Source of the DNA: Thermoproteota archaeon
Lineage (GTDB): Archaea; Korarchaeota; JAOZGF01; JAOZFZ01
NCBI GenBank assembly: GCA_027492035.1
Contig: JAOZFT010000015.1
Location: 1-64,000 of the forward strand
Reading direction: 5' to 3'
Length of the DNA: 64,000 nucleotides
The notes under the pieces are model-generated. The model was given only the letters and a program-made list of their open reading frames with translations, was not told the origin of the DNA and made no database searches. Below are positions 31,745 to 42,200 of this stretch, piece after piece. Numbering within the stretch: the first letter of the stretch is position 1; each line of letters begins with the position of its first letter. The position numbers and the translations under genes were made by a program.

Positions 31745-33034
31745 ATGAAAAAGACACTGATTAAAAATTTAGAGGGTGTACCCCAAACCAAACTTCTTTA
31801 TTTTAAAGACCCTTACAAATTCAAGTTTAAGGCAGAAATTTTGAAAAAATGGGAAGTAAATGGGAAAATGTATATAGTACTGGACAAAACCTATTTCTAT
31901 CCAGAAGGTGGAGGCCAGCCATCAGACAAAGGTTATGTCTCAGTTGAGGATAAAAAGTACTCGGTTGTGGATGTGCAGAAAATTAAGGGCGTCATTGTTC
32001 ATGAGTGTGTCCCTTCAACTACTAAATCCTTAGAGGGAAAAGAGGCTTTAGGTGAGATTGATTCTAAAAGAAGAGTTTCTAATATGCGTTGCCACACAGC
32101 CTCACACATAGTGATGTCTGCTATCGAAAAAGTTAAGGGAAAGGCACAGTACGCAGGTTTTGGAATAGAGGAAGGTAAAGTTAGGTTAGATGTTCAAACT
32201 GAGAAAATAACACCCGAAGACTTAGAGGAAATAGAAAGGCGTTCAAACAAAGTTATTTACCAAGCCATACCTGTAAAAACATACTTTGTTTCAAGGAGTG
32301 AACTGGAAAAGATTCTGACCGGTCTCCACTGGGCAAAGGAAATACCCCTAGAGGAAAAAGTGAGGATAGTAGAGATTGAGGGTTTCGACAAAAGTATCTG
32401 CAGCGGAACACATTGTTTAAACACTATTGAAATAGGGATGATCAAAGTAATTAACAAGTTTAGGCTACAGAAGGGGGTTGAAAGGATAGAGTTCTTAGTT
32501 GGGGAGGAAGCAGTTAATGAAACCCTGGACTACATGAACAAATTAAGTTCTTTAGCTAGGAAACTGAATATTTCAGCAGAAGAAATACCTAATGTCCTTA
32601 TGAAGTTAAGGAATGAGAAAAAGAGAATGGAAAAAGAAATTGAAGAAATGAAGCAAGAGTTAACTGAATCAAAATTCAGAAACTTGATAAGTAAAAAAGA
32701 GCTGATAGGAACTGTGGAGGTAGTAACTGGGCTCTTAAGGGAAGCAAACGCCAAAACCCTGGGGAGACTGGTGAAAAAGGAGATAGAGGAAAACGAAAAT
32801 TTATTCATTGCTGTGGGGGGATTAAGTGGAAAACCAGCATTAGTTGCTGGAGGTGGGTCTCAACTTATTAAGAAAGGATTAAACGTAAGTCAGGTAGTCA
32901 GTGAAGTATGTCAAACATTGGGTGGGAGAGGTGGAGGGTCGAAAAACATAGGTTTTGGTGGAGGTTTAACAAGTGAAAACATTGCGAAAGCCGTTGAAAA
33001 AGTGAAAGAAAGAATTGTGTCATTCATTAAATGA
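31745..33034 (+). CDS. alaX: AlaX-type tRNA editing protein with C-Ala/DHHA1 domain
   Basis: FYPEGGGQPSD, HTASH and CSGTH Zn ligands, coiled coil, GGRGGG..GFGGG; no aminoacylation domain. Confidence 0.85.
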   Translation: MKKTLIKNLEGVPQTKLLYFKDPYKFKFKAEILKKWEVNGKMYIVLDKTYFYPEGGGQPSDKGYVSVEDKKYSVVDVQKIKGVIVHECVPSTTKSLEGKEALGEIDSKRRVSNMRCHTASHIVMSAIEKVKGKAQYAGFGIEEGKVRLDVQTEKITPEDLEEIERRSNKVIYQAIPVKTYFVSRSELEKILTGLHWAKEIPLEEKVRIVEIEGFDKSICSGTHCLNTIEIGMIKVINKFRLQKGVERIEFLVGEEAVNETLDYMNKLSSLARKLNISAEEIPNVLMKLRNEKKRMEKEIEEMKQELTESKFRNLISKKELIGTVEVVTGLLREANAKTLGRLVKKEIEENENLFIAVGGLSGKPALVAGGGSQLIKKGLNVSQVVSEVCQTLGGRGGGSKNIGFGGGLTSENIAKAVEKVKERIVSFIK

Positions 33035-33068
33035 ACGAGATTTGTTTCCTTACCCCAAAGTTCTCATT

Positions 33069-34061
33069 TTAAAGGGGGAAGTGTTTGCCTACCCCCTCTT
33101 GCAGAGACTTGGTGTAAGCATGTTTTGCTGTAACGGCATCTTGAACAGCTAACCCTACAGATTTCCAAAGGGTCACTTCATCCCTTGAAACTCTACCCTT
33201 TTTTAAACCAGTAACTACCTCCCCTAGTTCTGCGTAGACATGGCCTTCAGTTATTGCCCCCTCTTTTATGGGAATTATTATGTCTCCAGATTCCGCTAAC
33301 ACTGCCTCTTTTGAATCAACAAAAACTTTTGATTTCTTAACAGTTTCCGTATCCAACTCTCTTGCGTCTTTCCCCATCCAACCAATTGAGTTAACATGTG
33401 TTCCAGGTTTAATCCATTCCCCCTTTAAAACAGGTTTAACCGAGGTTGTGGCCACTATTAAAACATCACTTGGTTCAACTGCTTTTTCTGCAGTTTCCAC
33501 GCTTCTGCCTTCAATCCTAAACCTTTCATTAATTTTTTCAGCTAACTCTTCAGCTTTGTCTTTCACAACATCATAAACTAAAACTGTTTCTATTTCCCTT
33601 ACTTCTTTCACAGCCCACACTTGGGTAAATGCTTGTTTTCCAGCCCCTATTACCCCCAAAACCTTAGAGTCTTTGCGAGATAAATACTTAGTTGCTAAAC
33701 CAGTTGCAGCACCTGTTCTTAAAGCAGTTATGTAACTTCCATCCATAAAAGCTAAAGGTTCACCTGTTTCCGGGTTGTTAAGCTGGATAGTTGCATATAT
33801 TGTAGGTAACTTATGTTTAACAATGTTATCGGGGTATACTGAAACAATTTTGACAGCTAAAGAGTTAAGGGGTTCAACGTAAGCCGGCATGTAAAGCATT
33901 GTGCCTCTATATTTTTTAATATTTATTATCGGCCTTAATGGAACTTCCGTTTCTCCCTTAACAAATGCTGAAAAGGCCTTCTCCATTAAATCAATAACTT
34001 CTTTCATATCCAGAACTTTCTTTAAGTCTTTTTCAGTTAAAAGTAAAACCAAATATTTCAC
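33069..34061 (-). CDS. Ornithine cyclodeaminase / mu-crystallin family (imine reductase or AlaDH)
   Basis: MPAY, VKIVSVYPDN, ITALRTGAA, IGAGKQA, WKSVGLAVQD. Confidence 0.9.
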   Translation of the reverse strand: MKYLVLLLTEKDLKKVLDMKEVIDLMEKAFSAFVKGETEVPLRPIINIKKYRGTMLYMPAYVEPLNSLAVKIVSVYPDNIVKHKLPTIYATIQLNNPETGEPLAFMDGSYITALRTGAATGLATKYLSRKDSKVLGVIGAGKQAFTQVWAVKEVREIETVLVYDVVKDKAEELAEKINERFRIEGRSVETAEKAVEPSDVLIVATTSVKPVLKGEWIKPGTHVNSIGWMGKDARELDTETVKKSKVFVDSKEAVLAESGDIIIPIKEGAITEGHVYAELGEVVTGLKKGRVSRDEVTLWKSVGLAVQDAVTAKHAYTKSLQEGVGKHFPL

Positions 34062-34263
34062 ACCTCACCTAACTAAGGGTATTCTCACTAAAATTTTTTG
34101 TTAACTCAGTTTCAAATACCTTCTTGTTTAGGATTTTTTTACCAAGAATTACTGCCTTTTTTTTAAGGTGTTGTAAAAAGTTAATGTTGCAAAAAAGAAT
34201 TATTGGAAAAAAACTTAAACTTTTAAAAAAATTTTGAAAGGGAAGTATTATAACCTGTAGCTT

Positions 34264-36111
34264 TTGGTGATGAAGTTGCATGGTTGGAATGGTAAAATCT
34301 TAAGGGTGAATCTATCTAGCTCGAAAGTATCTGTTCAAAAGTATGGGGCAGATTTTGCTTTGAAATTCATTGGAGGCAGGGGATTCGCAGTTAAGATTTT
34401 ATGGGATGAACTTAAATCTGGGGTGGATGCTCTCTCTCCATTGAATAAACTTGTTATAGCTGCTGGTCCGTTAACAGGTCTACCTGGGCCAAGTACAGGT
34501 AAACTTGTGCTTGCAGCTAAAAGCCCTTTAACGAATGGGTATGGAGACGGGAACATAGGTGGGTTAGCAGCTGTGCATTTAAGAAAAGCAGGTTATGATG
34601 CTTTAGTAATTGAAGGAAAAGCTGAAAAACCTTCCTACTTATATGTAGAAAACGAAAATGTAAGTTTGTTAAGTGCTGACGGTATATGGGGGGAGACAAC
34701 ATTTAAGGCTGAAAATAAATTGAGAGAGGTTCATGGGAGGAATATAGGGGTTTTAGTAATTGGACCAGCAGGAGAGAACCTGGTTAAATACGCAACTGTA
34801 ATTTCTCAAGAGGGAAGGGCTGGTGGAAGGCCGGGTATAGGTGCAGTTATGGGTTCAAAGAATCTAAAAGCCATTGTGCTTAAAGGAACAAAGGAAATTT
34901 CTTTAGCAGACCCAAAAAAACATAAAGAAACAGTGAAGGAATGTTACAAATCTATACAGGAAAACGAGAATTATTCTTTCTGGGTGAGACAGGGAACCAT
35001 GGGTGTAGTGGAGTGGTGTCAAGAAAACAGTACACTGCCCACTTTTAATTTCAGAGAAGGAGTTTTTGAGTTTTCAAGGATGATTGACGGTTACACTATG
35101 GAAGCCATGAAAATAAGTAGAAGGGGGTGCCCTAACTGTAACATGATGTGTGGAAATGTGGTTGTTGATTTGGAGAGAAAAGATTCTGAGTTAGATTACG
35201 AAAACGTAGCAATGCTTGGTTCAAACATTGGTTTAGGTCACCTGGGAAAAGTTTCGGTTTTAAATAGGTTAGCTGACGAATACGGAATAGATACGATTTC
35301 ATTGGGTTCAAACTTAGCTTTTGCAATGGAGGCTACAGAGAAAGGTTTATGGAAGGATGGAATTGAGTGGGGAGACTTCGAAGCTGCAAAAGCACTCGTT
35401 GAAGACATTACATATCGCAAAGGTCAAGGTAACCTGTTAGCTGAAGGAGTAAAAAGGGCTTCTGAAGAACTGGGTGGTGGATCTGAACAATGGGCTATTC
35501 ACGTTAAAGGACTTGAAGTTTCTGCTTATGACTGTCATACAGCCCCTGGAATGGCTCTAGCTTACGGCACTTCACCAATAGGTGCCCACCATAAAGATGC
35601 ATGGGTTATTTCATGGGAAGTAAGCACAAACAGGTTAGGATATGGAAAAGAAAAAGTTGATAAAGTAATAGAATTCCAAAGGATCCGTGGAGGAATGTTT
35701 GAAACGTTAGTCGCCTGCAGACTCCCATGGATAGAGCTTAATTTCAGTCTTGAGTGGTACGTGAAGTTGTTTAAAACAGTTACGGGTATAAGTTTAACAT
35801 TGAATGAACTGGCTGGAACCGTTGCAGACAGGATTTATTGTTTAATGAGAGCTTTCTGGGTTAGAGAGTATGGTGAAAAGTGGAACAAAGAAATGGACTA
35901 TCCACCATCCAGATGGTTCAATGAACCATTAACTAAAGGGCCTTTTAAAGGAGGAAAGCTGGACATGAAAAAGTATGAAGAAACACTTTTGCTGTACTAC
36001 CGAGAGAGGGGGTGGGATGAACGAGGCATCCCCAAAAAAAGTACCTTTGATAAATTGGGTCTCCAAAAGGAAGCAGTTGAACTTGGTAAACATGTCTCTT
36101 TAATCCCCTGA
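34264..36111 (+). CDS. aor: Tungsten aldehyde:ferredoxin oxidoreductase
   Basis: [65 protein letters not shown]. Confidence 0.93.
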   Translation: MVMKLHGWNGKILRVNLSSSKVSVQKYGADFALKFIGGRGFAVKILWDELKSGVDALSPLNKLVIAAGPLTGLPGPSTGKLVLAAKSPLTNGYGDGNIGGLAAVHLRKAGYDALVIEGKAEKPSYLYVENENVSLLSADGIWGETTFKAENKLREVHGRNIGVLVIGPAGENLVKYATVISQEGRAGGRPGIGAVMGSKNLKAIVLKGTKEISLADPKKHKETVKECYKSIQENENYSFWVRQGTMGVVEWCQENSTLPTFNFREGVFEFSRMIDGYTMEAMKISRRGCPNCNMMCGNVVVDLERKDSELDYENVAMLGSNIGLGHLGKVSVLNRLADEYGIDTISLGSNLAFAMEATEKGLWKDGIEWGDFEAAKALVEDITYRKGQGNLLAEGVKRASEELGGGSEQWAIHVKGLEVSAYDCHTAPGMALAYGTSPIGAHHKDAWVISWEVSTNRLGYGKEKVDKVIEFQRIRGGMFETLVACRLPWIELNFSLEWYVKLFKTVTGISLTLNELAGTVADRIYCLMRAFWVREYGEKWNKEMDYPPSRWFNEPLTKGPFKGGKLDMKKYEETLLLYYRERGWDERGIPKKSTFDKLGLQKEAVELGKHVSLIP

Positions 36112-36244
36112 GAAAAACAGAGTTTGAGGTATCAATTACTTATAATGCTCCACACATAAAAAGATAAGCCCCCTCCCCTTTTTTCAGAGTCCTTCTGAAA
36201 CAGGCGTCCTTTGACCTTTACTTTGCTTCTTTAAAACAACTCTT

Positions 36245-36769
36245 TTACTCCTTTTTAATCTTGAAAATCGCTATTTCGTCGGTGGTTTGGATTTGTTCTA
36301 AACTCACACCCAAAGCTTCTTCTAAATACCCTTGTAGCAGTTCCTTTGGAAAGAAGGGGTATTGAACAATAATTTTTCCATTTTCAAGTTTAAAATGTCC
36401 CCATCCTATTTGCGACAGAATTTTAAAAGCTATTCCCCAGTTCTCTTTCTTTCTTGGGTCAACACCAAAATTGGCGAGACATGAATCAACCATTGTTTTA
36501 CCCATTTCTCTTCCCCCTTTAACCAATTGTTTTTTGGAAAGATTACTCAAGAGATTGTTTATGCTTCTTTGGTTTACAATTGCTCTTCTAAACCCCCTTA
36601 TGAAAATTAAAGGTTCTTTCCATTCAAAAATTGAAAGCTCAAACGCTTTCTTAAGGGCTTTAATAACTATTTCTCTCTTGCTTTTAGCAGTTCCTTTCTT
36701 GATTAACTCCTCCATGGTGCTGTAAATGTCTTCAGGCAAATTAATAGTTAAGACAGGCATGGAAGACAC
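36245..36769 (-). CDS. Ribbon-helix-helix regulator with C-terminal V4R-like domain
   Basis: VLTINLPEDIYSTMEELIKKG..SKREIVIKAL (RHH); GREMGK..IGWGHF..LLQGYLEEALG. Confidence 0.65.
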   Translation of the reverse strand: MSSMPVLTINLPEDIYSTMEELIKKGTAKSKREIVIKALKKAFELSIFEWKEPLIFIRGFRRAIVNQRSINNLLSNLSKKQLVKGGREMGKTMVDSCLANFGVDPRKKENWGIAFKILSQIGWGHFKLENGKIIVQYPFFPKELLQGYLEEALGVSLEQIQTTDEIAIFKIKKE

Positions 36770-36853
36770 CTTTTTCGTTGAATAAGAATAATTCCTTGTT
36801 TAAAGTATAACGTTTACATTCGTTTTCAAAGTATTTATTTTTAAGTTGTTTTT

Positions 36854-37726
36854 TCAGAATGCGAGAGCTACTAAACCCACTAAAACAACTGTTACTCCTA
36901 TTTTTTGATGTGTTAGAACCCTTTCTCCCAAAAACAAATGCGCAAGTACAAGTGTTAATGCCGGGTAACTTGTAGCTATCGGGGACATCAAAGAAACCAT
37001 CACTCCACTTCCAAGCCCAAACATAAAGGTTAAGTTTCCAGCCATACTTGAAACTCCACTCGCAAGCGAAAAAGAAAAATGTTTCTGCGACTTCACTTCT
37101 CTCAATTTCAGTTTAGCCATGATTGAGAAGAGGAGTAAATAAAAAGTTGTTAATGATCTTACACCTAAGAAGGCTAAAAGTTCAGTTGCTTCTTTAACAA
37201 GGGGTTTATAAAGGCACCAGGTGAAACCGAAACATAAAACCGATACTAAAGCGAAATTTAAACCTATAATTAGTTTTAAACTTTTTTTCACTCCCTTTAT
37301 TTCTTCAAAATCAATTGAAGCAAGGGACACACCTAAAAAAACTATCAAAATACCTATTGTTTCTATTAAACTTAGCCTTTCGTTCAAGAAAAAGTACGAT
37401 AAAACAATTGCAAATGCTGCTCCTCCGGAGTTGGCTATGGGAGCCATCAAGGAAATTTTACCGTATTTCAAAGATTTAATGTACATGTAGTAGCCAAGAG
37501 TGTAAAATAAACTTGTTGAAATGAAAAGGAGGAAAATTTCTTTAGTAGGGGCGGGGAAACTTGACTGGAATGGAAGGAAGAGTAAGCCGGCAATTAAACC
37601 CGTTAATTGGATGTAAAAAGTTGTTTTTAACTCATTTATTCTTTCAAGTGCTAATTTGGCAAGGAAATCCCCTGTGCCGAAGAAAAGGAGGGTGAGAATG
37701 CCGTAAACAGGCCCAGGGATTAGCAT
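36854..37726 (-). CDS. EamA/DMT-family transporter
   Basis: ~10 TM helices in two repeats (SLMAPI..FLNERL; SLMSPI..FLGERV). Confidence 0.9.
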   Translation of the reverse strand: MLIPGPVYGILTLLFFGTGDFLAKLALERINELKTTFYIQLTGLIAGLLFLPFQSSFPAPTKEIFLLFISTSLFYTLGYYMYIKSLKYGKISLMAPIANSGGAAFAIVLSYFFLNERLSLIETIGILIVFLGVSLASIDFEEIKGVKKSLKLIIGLNFALVSVLCFGFTWCLYKPLVKEATELLAFLGVRSLTTFYLLLFSIMAKLKLREVKSQKHFSFSLASGVSSMAGNLTFMFGLGSGVMVSLMSPIATSYPALTLVLAHLFLGERVLTHQKIGVTVVLVGLVALAF

Positions 37727-37743
37727 TCAACCATCTGCCTTTT

Positions 37744-39027
37744 TTAAAGTGTAGGGATAGTTATTGAACCATAGGGAACAACTAACACTTCAGCGTCTCT
37801 ACCTTGTAGTTGAAAAGCCTTGTTTAACGCCTCCTCTACTGTATCTTCTCTTTTGAAACCGAATACTGAAAGATCCTCATTTGAAAGGTTACCGGAAACA
37901 ACAGACACGTTAACTTTCTCTCTTAAAAATGAAAGTTCATAAACCATGCATCCTAACACACTTGAAAGCCTCCCCTCCTCAACTAAATTCAGGATATCTT
38001 CAGGTTTCAGGGAGAAAATCTCCTTTTCATGTTTAATAATGTGCTCGGAAACTCCTTCATAGCATGGTGAAACATAAATTAAGGAACCGTTATCCTTAAT
38101 GATTGGTTCAACTGATGCAAGAGCTCTTGTACCTCCCTGTAGAAAACTTACGTCATGTTCTTTGAATCCGCTGCTGCACACAACAATATCTGCTTTTCCT
38201 GGAGATTTTATCCTTGCAAATTCATCAAGTTTCTTTACTCCTTCCCGATGAGCCTTTACTATGTCTCCAGAAACAACTTCCACTATTTTTTTCTTATGGT
38301 TCAGGACAGTGTTCACAACCATGTCCACGTTTGTTTTTGAACCTGCTTCTTCTATATCTTCCCTGACTAAGTTCCCTTTCAATACCCCAAATAAACTTGA
38401 CCTTTTAATTTTGGCTAAAACCTTTGTAAATAATGAATGATTTTTCTCTATTGTTTCTCGGCTTGAAACACCTGGCAGAACAGTTTTAGCTCCCCCTGAA
38501 TAACCTGCAAGCATACATGGAGTTATATTACCTGTAATTATCTTTATTTCCGCTTCAGCAAAGTCCTTATTAACTTTTAAAGGAGTCAAGTTAGCTGTAA
38601 CCCCTAAATAAACATTTGTTTCGCTATCCGGGTCATGATTAAACACCTTTACCTTCCCAATAACTTCCTCTCCCACATTTCTCTTTATTAGCTCCATCGA
38701 ATCAGGTCGATGGAGACCTGTAGCAATAATCACTTTCAGATTTTCATACTTAACTCCCCTACCGTGAAGTTCTTTTAGGAGCACCGATAAAATTTCTTTA
38801 TTAGGTGTGGGCCTTGTACTATCTGTTACAGCTATGGCTACATCCTTCCCCTTTAAATTTTGTGAAAAAAGTGAATTTTTGCCTACTGGGTTATTTAACG
38901 CCTTCTTCACTAATTCCTTCACTTTTACATCTTTAACTGTGTCCTTAGGTGTTAGAACCCCCTTAACATTTCCCCTATCTACAGTAAACTTTAAGAACGT
39001 TTCTCCATAGGGCACCTCCACTTCCAT
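37744..39027 (-). CDS. larA: LarA-family nickel-pincer racemase/epimerase
   Basis: DSTRPTP, ATGLHR, AGYSGGAK..PG, NH, VVPYG; the second catalytic His appears as Cys. Confidence 0.85.
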   Translation of the reverse strand: MEVEVPYGETFLKFTVDRGNVKGVLTPKDTVKDVKVKELVKKALNNPVGKNSLFSQNLKGKDVAIAVTDSTRPTPNKEILSVLLKELHGRGVKYENLKVIIATGLHRPDSMELIKRNVGEEVIGKVKVFNHDPDSETNVYLGVTANLTPLKVNKDFAEAEIKIITGNITPCMLAGYSGGAKTVLPGVSSRETIEKNHSLFTKVLAKIKRSSLFGVLKGNLVREDIEEAGSKTNVDMVVNTVLNHKKKIVEVVSGDIVKAHREGVKKLDEFARIKSPGKADIVVCSSGFKEHDVSFLQGGTRALASVEPIIKDNGSLIYVSPCYEGVSEHIIKHEKEIFSLKPEDILNLVEEGRLSSVLGCMVYELSFLREKVNVSVVSGNLSNEDLSVFGFKREDTVEEALNKAFQLQGRDAEVLVVPYGSITIPTL

Positions 39028-39212
39028 CCATTACACCTATACTTCCTGGTACTTATTTTCGATTCATATTTAATTTTCCCAAGCATTCTTCGGCCAATGT
39101 ATTAATATGGATTTAAAAAGATGGATATATTTAAAAATCTGTTGAATTTTATTTCGTTAAGGGCAGATTGGAAAACATTTTCCTCCTTATATGAAAGGCT
39201 AAGGGCGGAAAG

Positions 39213-40265
39213 GTGAGTAAAGTGAGTAATAGAGTAAAAATAATAATGTATGGGCTTGGCTACATGGGAAAAGAAATTGCTAAACTGTTACTGAAAAAGA
39301 AAGGGGTTGAAATAGTTGGTGCCATAGATATCTCTAAAGACATTGTTGGAAAGGATTTAGGAGAAGTTTTAGGGGTAAAAAAAGATTTAGGTGTAACTGT
39401 GACTGACGACTCCAAATCTCTTCTTTCAAAAGTTGAGTCAGACATAGTTGCGCATGCAACAACTTCCTATTTAACTCAAACATTTTCGCAAATATCTGAA
39501 TGCGTAATGGAGGGTTTTAATGTCATATCTACATGTGAAGAACTCTCTTACCCTTTCAAAAAACATCCTGAACTTGCAAATAAGCTTGACAGGTTAGCTA
39601 AAGAAAACGGTGTAACAGTTTTAGGTACAGGGATAAACCCCGGTTTCTTAATGGACACTTTACCAATAGTGTTAACTGGGCTTTGTCAAGACGTTAAAAA
39701 GGTGAAAGTGACCAGGATGATGTATTCAGGTAACCGTAGAATACCTTTCCAGAAAAAGATAGGTACAGGGCTTTCCCCTAACGAATTTAAGCAAAAAATT
39801 GAGAAGAAAGAAATAACTGGACATGTTGGTTTAAACGAATCAATTGCACACATTGCCGCTGCTCTAGGATGGGAACTGGAAAAAATAGTGGAAGAACCTC
39901 CTGAACCTATAATTGCAGAAAAAGAACTTAAAACAAGCTATACTACAGTAAAAAGGGGCCAAGTTGCAGGGTTAAAAAGTGTAGGTAGAGGATTAATTCA
40001 AGGGAGGGAAGTCATAACTTTGGAGTTTATTTCCCATGCAAGCGTCGAGGAACCATATGATGAGGTAATAATTGAAGGTACTCCTTCAATACATGAAAAG
40101 ATAATTGGTGGAGTTCATGGAGACCTAGGTACAGTGGCAATGGTGGTTAATATGATACCTAAAGTGATTAACGCAAGGCCTGGATTGTTAACAATGAGAG
40201 ATATGCCTCTACCCTCAGCTGTGCTAGAAGATATGAGAATTTACTTAGAATGGGAAACTCCTTAA
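39213..40265 (+). CDS. 2,4-diaminopentanoate dehydrogenase (Ord)/amine-dehydrogenase family
   Basis: YGLGYMG, ISTCEELSYP, GTGINPGFLMD, GHVG, GDLGT..VNMIPKV. Confidence 0.8.
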   Translation: MSKVSNRVKIIMYGLGYMGKEIAKLLLKKKGVEIVGAIDISKDIVGKDLGEVLGVKKDLGVTVTDDSKSLLSKVESDIVAHATTSYLTQTFSQISECVMEGFNVISTCEELSYPFKKHPELANKLDRLAKENGVTVLGTGINPGFLMDTLPIVLTGLCQDVKKVKVTRMMYSGNRRIPFQKKIGTGLSPNEFKQKIEKKEITGHVGLNESIAHIAAALGWELEKIVEEPPEPIIAEKELKTSYTTVKRGQVAGLKSVGRGLIQGREVITLEFISHASVEEPYDEVIIEGTPSIHEKIIGGVHGDLGTVAMVVNMIPKVINARPGLLTMRDMPLPSAVLEDMRIYLEWETP

Positions 40266-40294
40266 CTTTTAAACTAAACAGGGGCTTGTAGGAG

Positions 40295-42199
40295 TTGAGG
40301 AAAGCTGAAATAATAGCTAAAAATAATCCAGGGGAAAAAGTTTTATTGCTCGGTAACGAAGCAGTTGCTAGGGGCGCTATTGAAGCAGGGATTCAAGTCG
40401 CTACATCTTACCCAGGAACACCTGCATCCGAGATCCTTTCAACCATAGCATCTGTAGCTAATAAATTTAATATTCACGCAGAGTGGTCAACAAACGAAAT
40501 GGTTGCTTTTGAAACAGCTGCAGGGGCTGCAATGGCTGGGTTAAGATCAATGGTTTCACTGAAACATGTAGGGTTAAACTGGTGCGCTGACCCCTTAATG
40601 GCTATTAATCAATCAGGTATAAGTGGCGGTTTTGTAATAGCTGTAGCTGATGACCCTGGAGCCTATAGTTCACAAAATGAGCAAGACAGCAGGTATTACT
40701 CTAAAATGTCTGAATTATTGATGTTGGAACCTTGTGACGCAGCTGAAGCTAAAGAAGCTGTCAAGGAGGCATTTAATCTTTCAGAGAAACTTGAGTTACC
40801 TGTTTTCGTCAGACTTGTGAATCGGATATGTCACTCAAGGGCAGACATTACTTTAGGTCCCATAAAAACGGAGAAAAGGAAGGCTTCATTCAAAAGAGGG
40901 AGACGCTGGGTAATGATCGCTGGTAGCTCACCTGAAAGACACAAATGGCTCCATCAGAAACAAAGGGAAATAGAGGAAGTGGTTGGAAACCTCTGGCTTA
41001 ATAAACTTGAACTCAAAAAAGGTGAGTTAGGTATAGTTTCAGCAGGCGTCACTTACACATACGTTAAGGATGCACTTAACAAGTTAGGGTTAGATGGAGA
41101 AGTTAGTGTGTTAAAAATTGGGACATATCCTTCGCCGAGAAAACTTATAGAGCAATTACTAAAAAATGTCAAAAAAGTACTTGTTTTCGAGGAAGTGGAG
41201 CCTTTGGTTGAGAAGGAAATCAAAGAAATATGTTTCGATTTAGGTGTAAAACCGGTAGTTAGGGGGAAACTAACAAATGATGTGCAGAGAGAAAAGGACT
41301 TAAATGTGGATTCCGTATCTAAATCAATAGTTGAGGTTTTAAATATCAAACACAAGCATCTAAACCCTGTCAGAGATTCAGCTCTTAAAAAAGCTCAAGA
41401 AATCACTCCTCCAAGAAGACTTCTCATGTGCCCAGGATGTCCCCACACAGCAACTTTCTACATCATTAGGAAAGCAGGTTTTAAAGCCGCTAAGGGAAAA
41501 ATAATTTACTCCGGAGACATAGGTTGTTACTCTTTGGGATTTTATGCTTTTGAACCACCAAGACAGGACACTCAATTCTGCATGGGAGCAAGTATAGGTG
41601 TAGGTTGCGGATTAGCGCAAAGTGGTATAGAGGATGTGGTGGTGGCCACGATAGGTGACTCCACCATTATCCACGCTGGAATACCTGGCTTGATCAACGC
41701 CTCCTACAACAAAGCTAAACTTCTAATAGTGGTCTTTGACAACGGTGCAACTGCAATGACGGGCTTCCAGCCTCATCCAGGTACAGGTGTAACTGCTACA
41801 GGTGAAAAAACAAAGAAGGTGAATATAGAAGACATTGCAAAGGCTTGCGGAGTAGAATATGTAAAAGTAATAGACCCTTACAGCGTTGATGAATCAGTTA
41901 AAGTTGTAACTGAAGCCATGAAACAACCAGGTGTATCTGTTATTATTTCACGTAGACTTTGCATGCTTGAATGGCTTAGGAAAGCCAGAAGGGAAGGAAT
42001 GAAGAAAAAGCTCTACGAAGTTGATGTTGAGAAATGTACAGGCTGTAAAATTTGCGTAAATGAATTAGGGTGTCCAGCAATAGTTTTCGATCAGAGAAAC
42101 AATGTAGCAGCTATAGATGAAGTATTGTGCAACGGTTGTGGCGTATGCGCACAGGTCTGCCCTGTGGATGCAATTCACAAAATTAAAGAGGTGACTTAA
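40295..42199 (+). CDS. iorA: Indolepyruvate:ferredoxin oxidoreductase alpha subunit
   Basis: LLGNEAVARGA, YPGTPASE, KHVGLN, SQNEQDSR, CPGCPH, GDIGC, GDST TPP motif, two C-terminal ferredoxin motifs. Confidence 0.95.
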   Translation: MRKAEIIAKNNPGEKVLLLGNEAVARGAIEAGIQVATSYPGTPASEILSTIASVANKFNIHAEWSTNEMVAFETAAGAAMAGLRSMVSLKHVGLNWCADPLMAINQSGISGGFVIAVADDPGAYSSQNEQDSRYYSKMSELLMLEPCDAAEAKEAVKEAFNLSEKLELPVFVRLVNRICHSRADITLGPIKTEKRKASFKRGRRWVMIAGSSPERHKWLHQKQREIEEVVGNLWLNKLELKKGELGIVSAGVTYTYVKDALNKLGLDGEVSVLKIGTYPSPRKLIEQLLKNVKKVLVFEEVEPLVEKEIKEICFDLGVKPVVRGKLTNDVQREKDLNVDSVSKSIVEVLNIKHKHLNPVRDSALKKAQEITPPRRLLMCPGCPHTATFYIIRKAGFKAAKGKIIYSGDIGCYSLGFYAFEPPRQDTQFCMGASIGVGCGLAQSGIEDVVVATIGDSTIIHAGIPGLINASYNKAKLLIVVFDNGATAMTGFQPHPGTGVTATGEKTKKVNIEDIAKACGVEYVKVIDPYSVDESVKVVTEAMKQPGVSVIISRRLCMLEWLRKARREGMKKKLYEVDVEKCTGCKICVNELGCPAIVFDQRNNVAAIDEVLCNGCGVCAQVCPVDAIHKIKEVT

Positions 42200-42200
42200 T

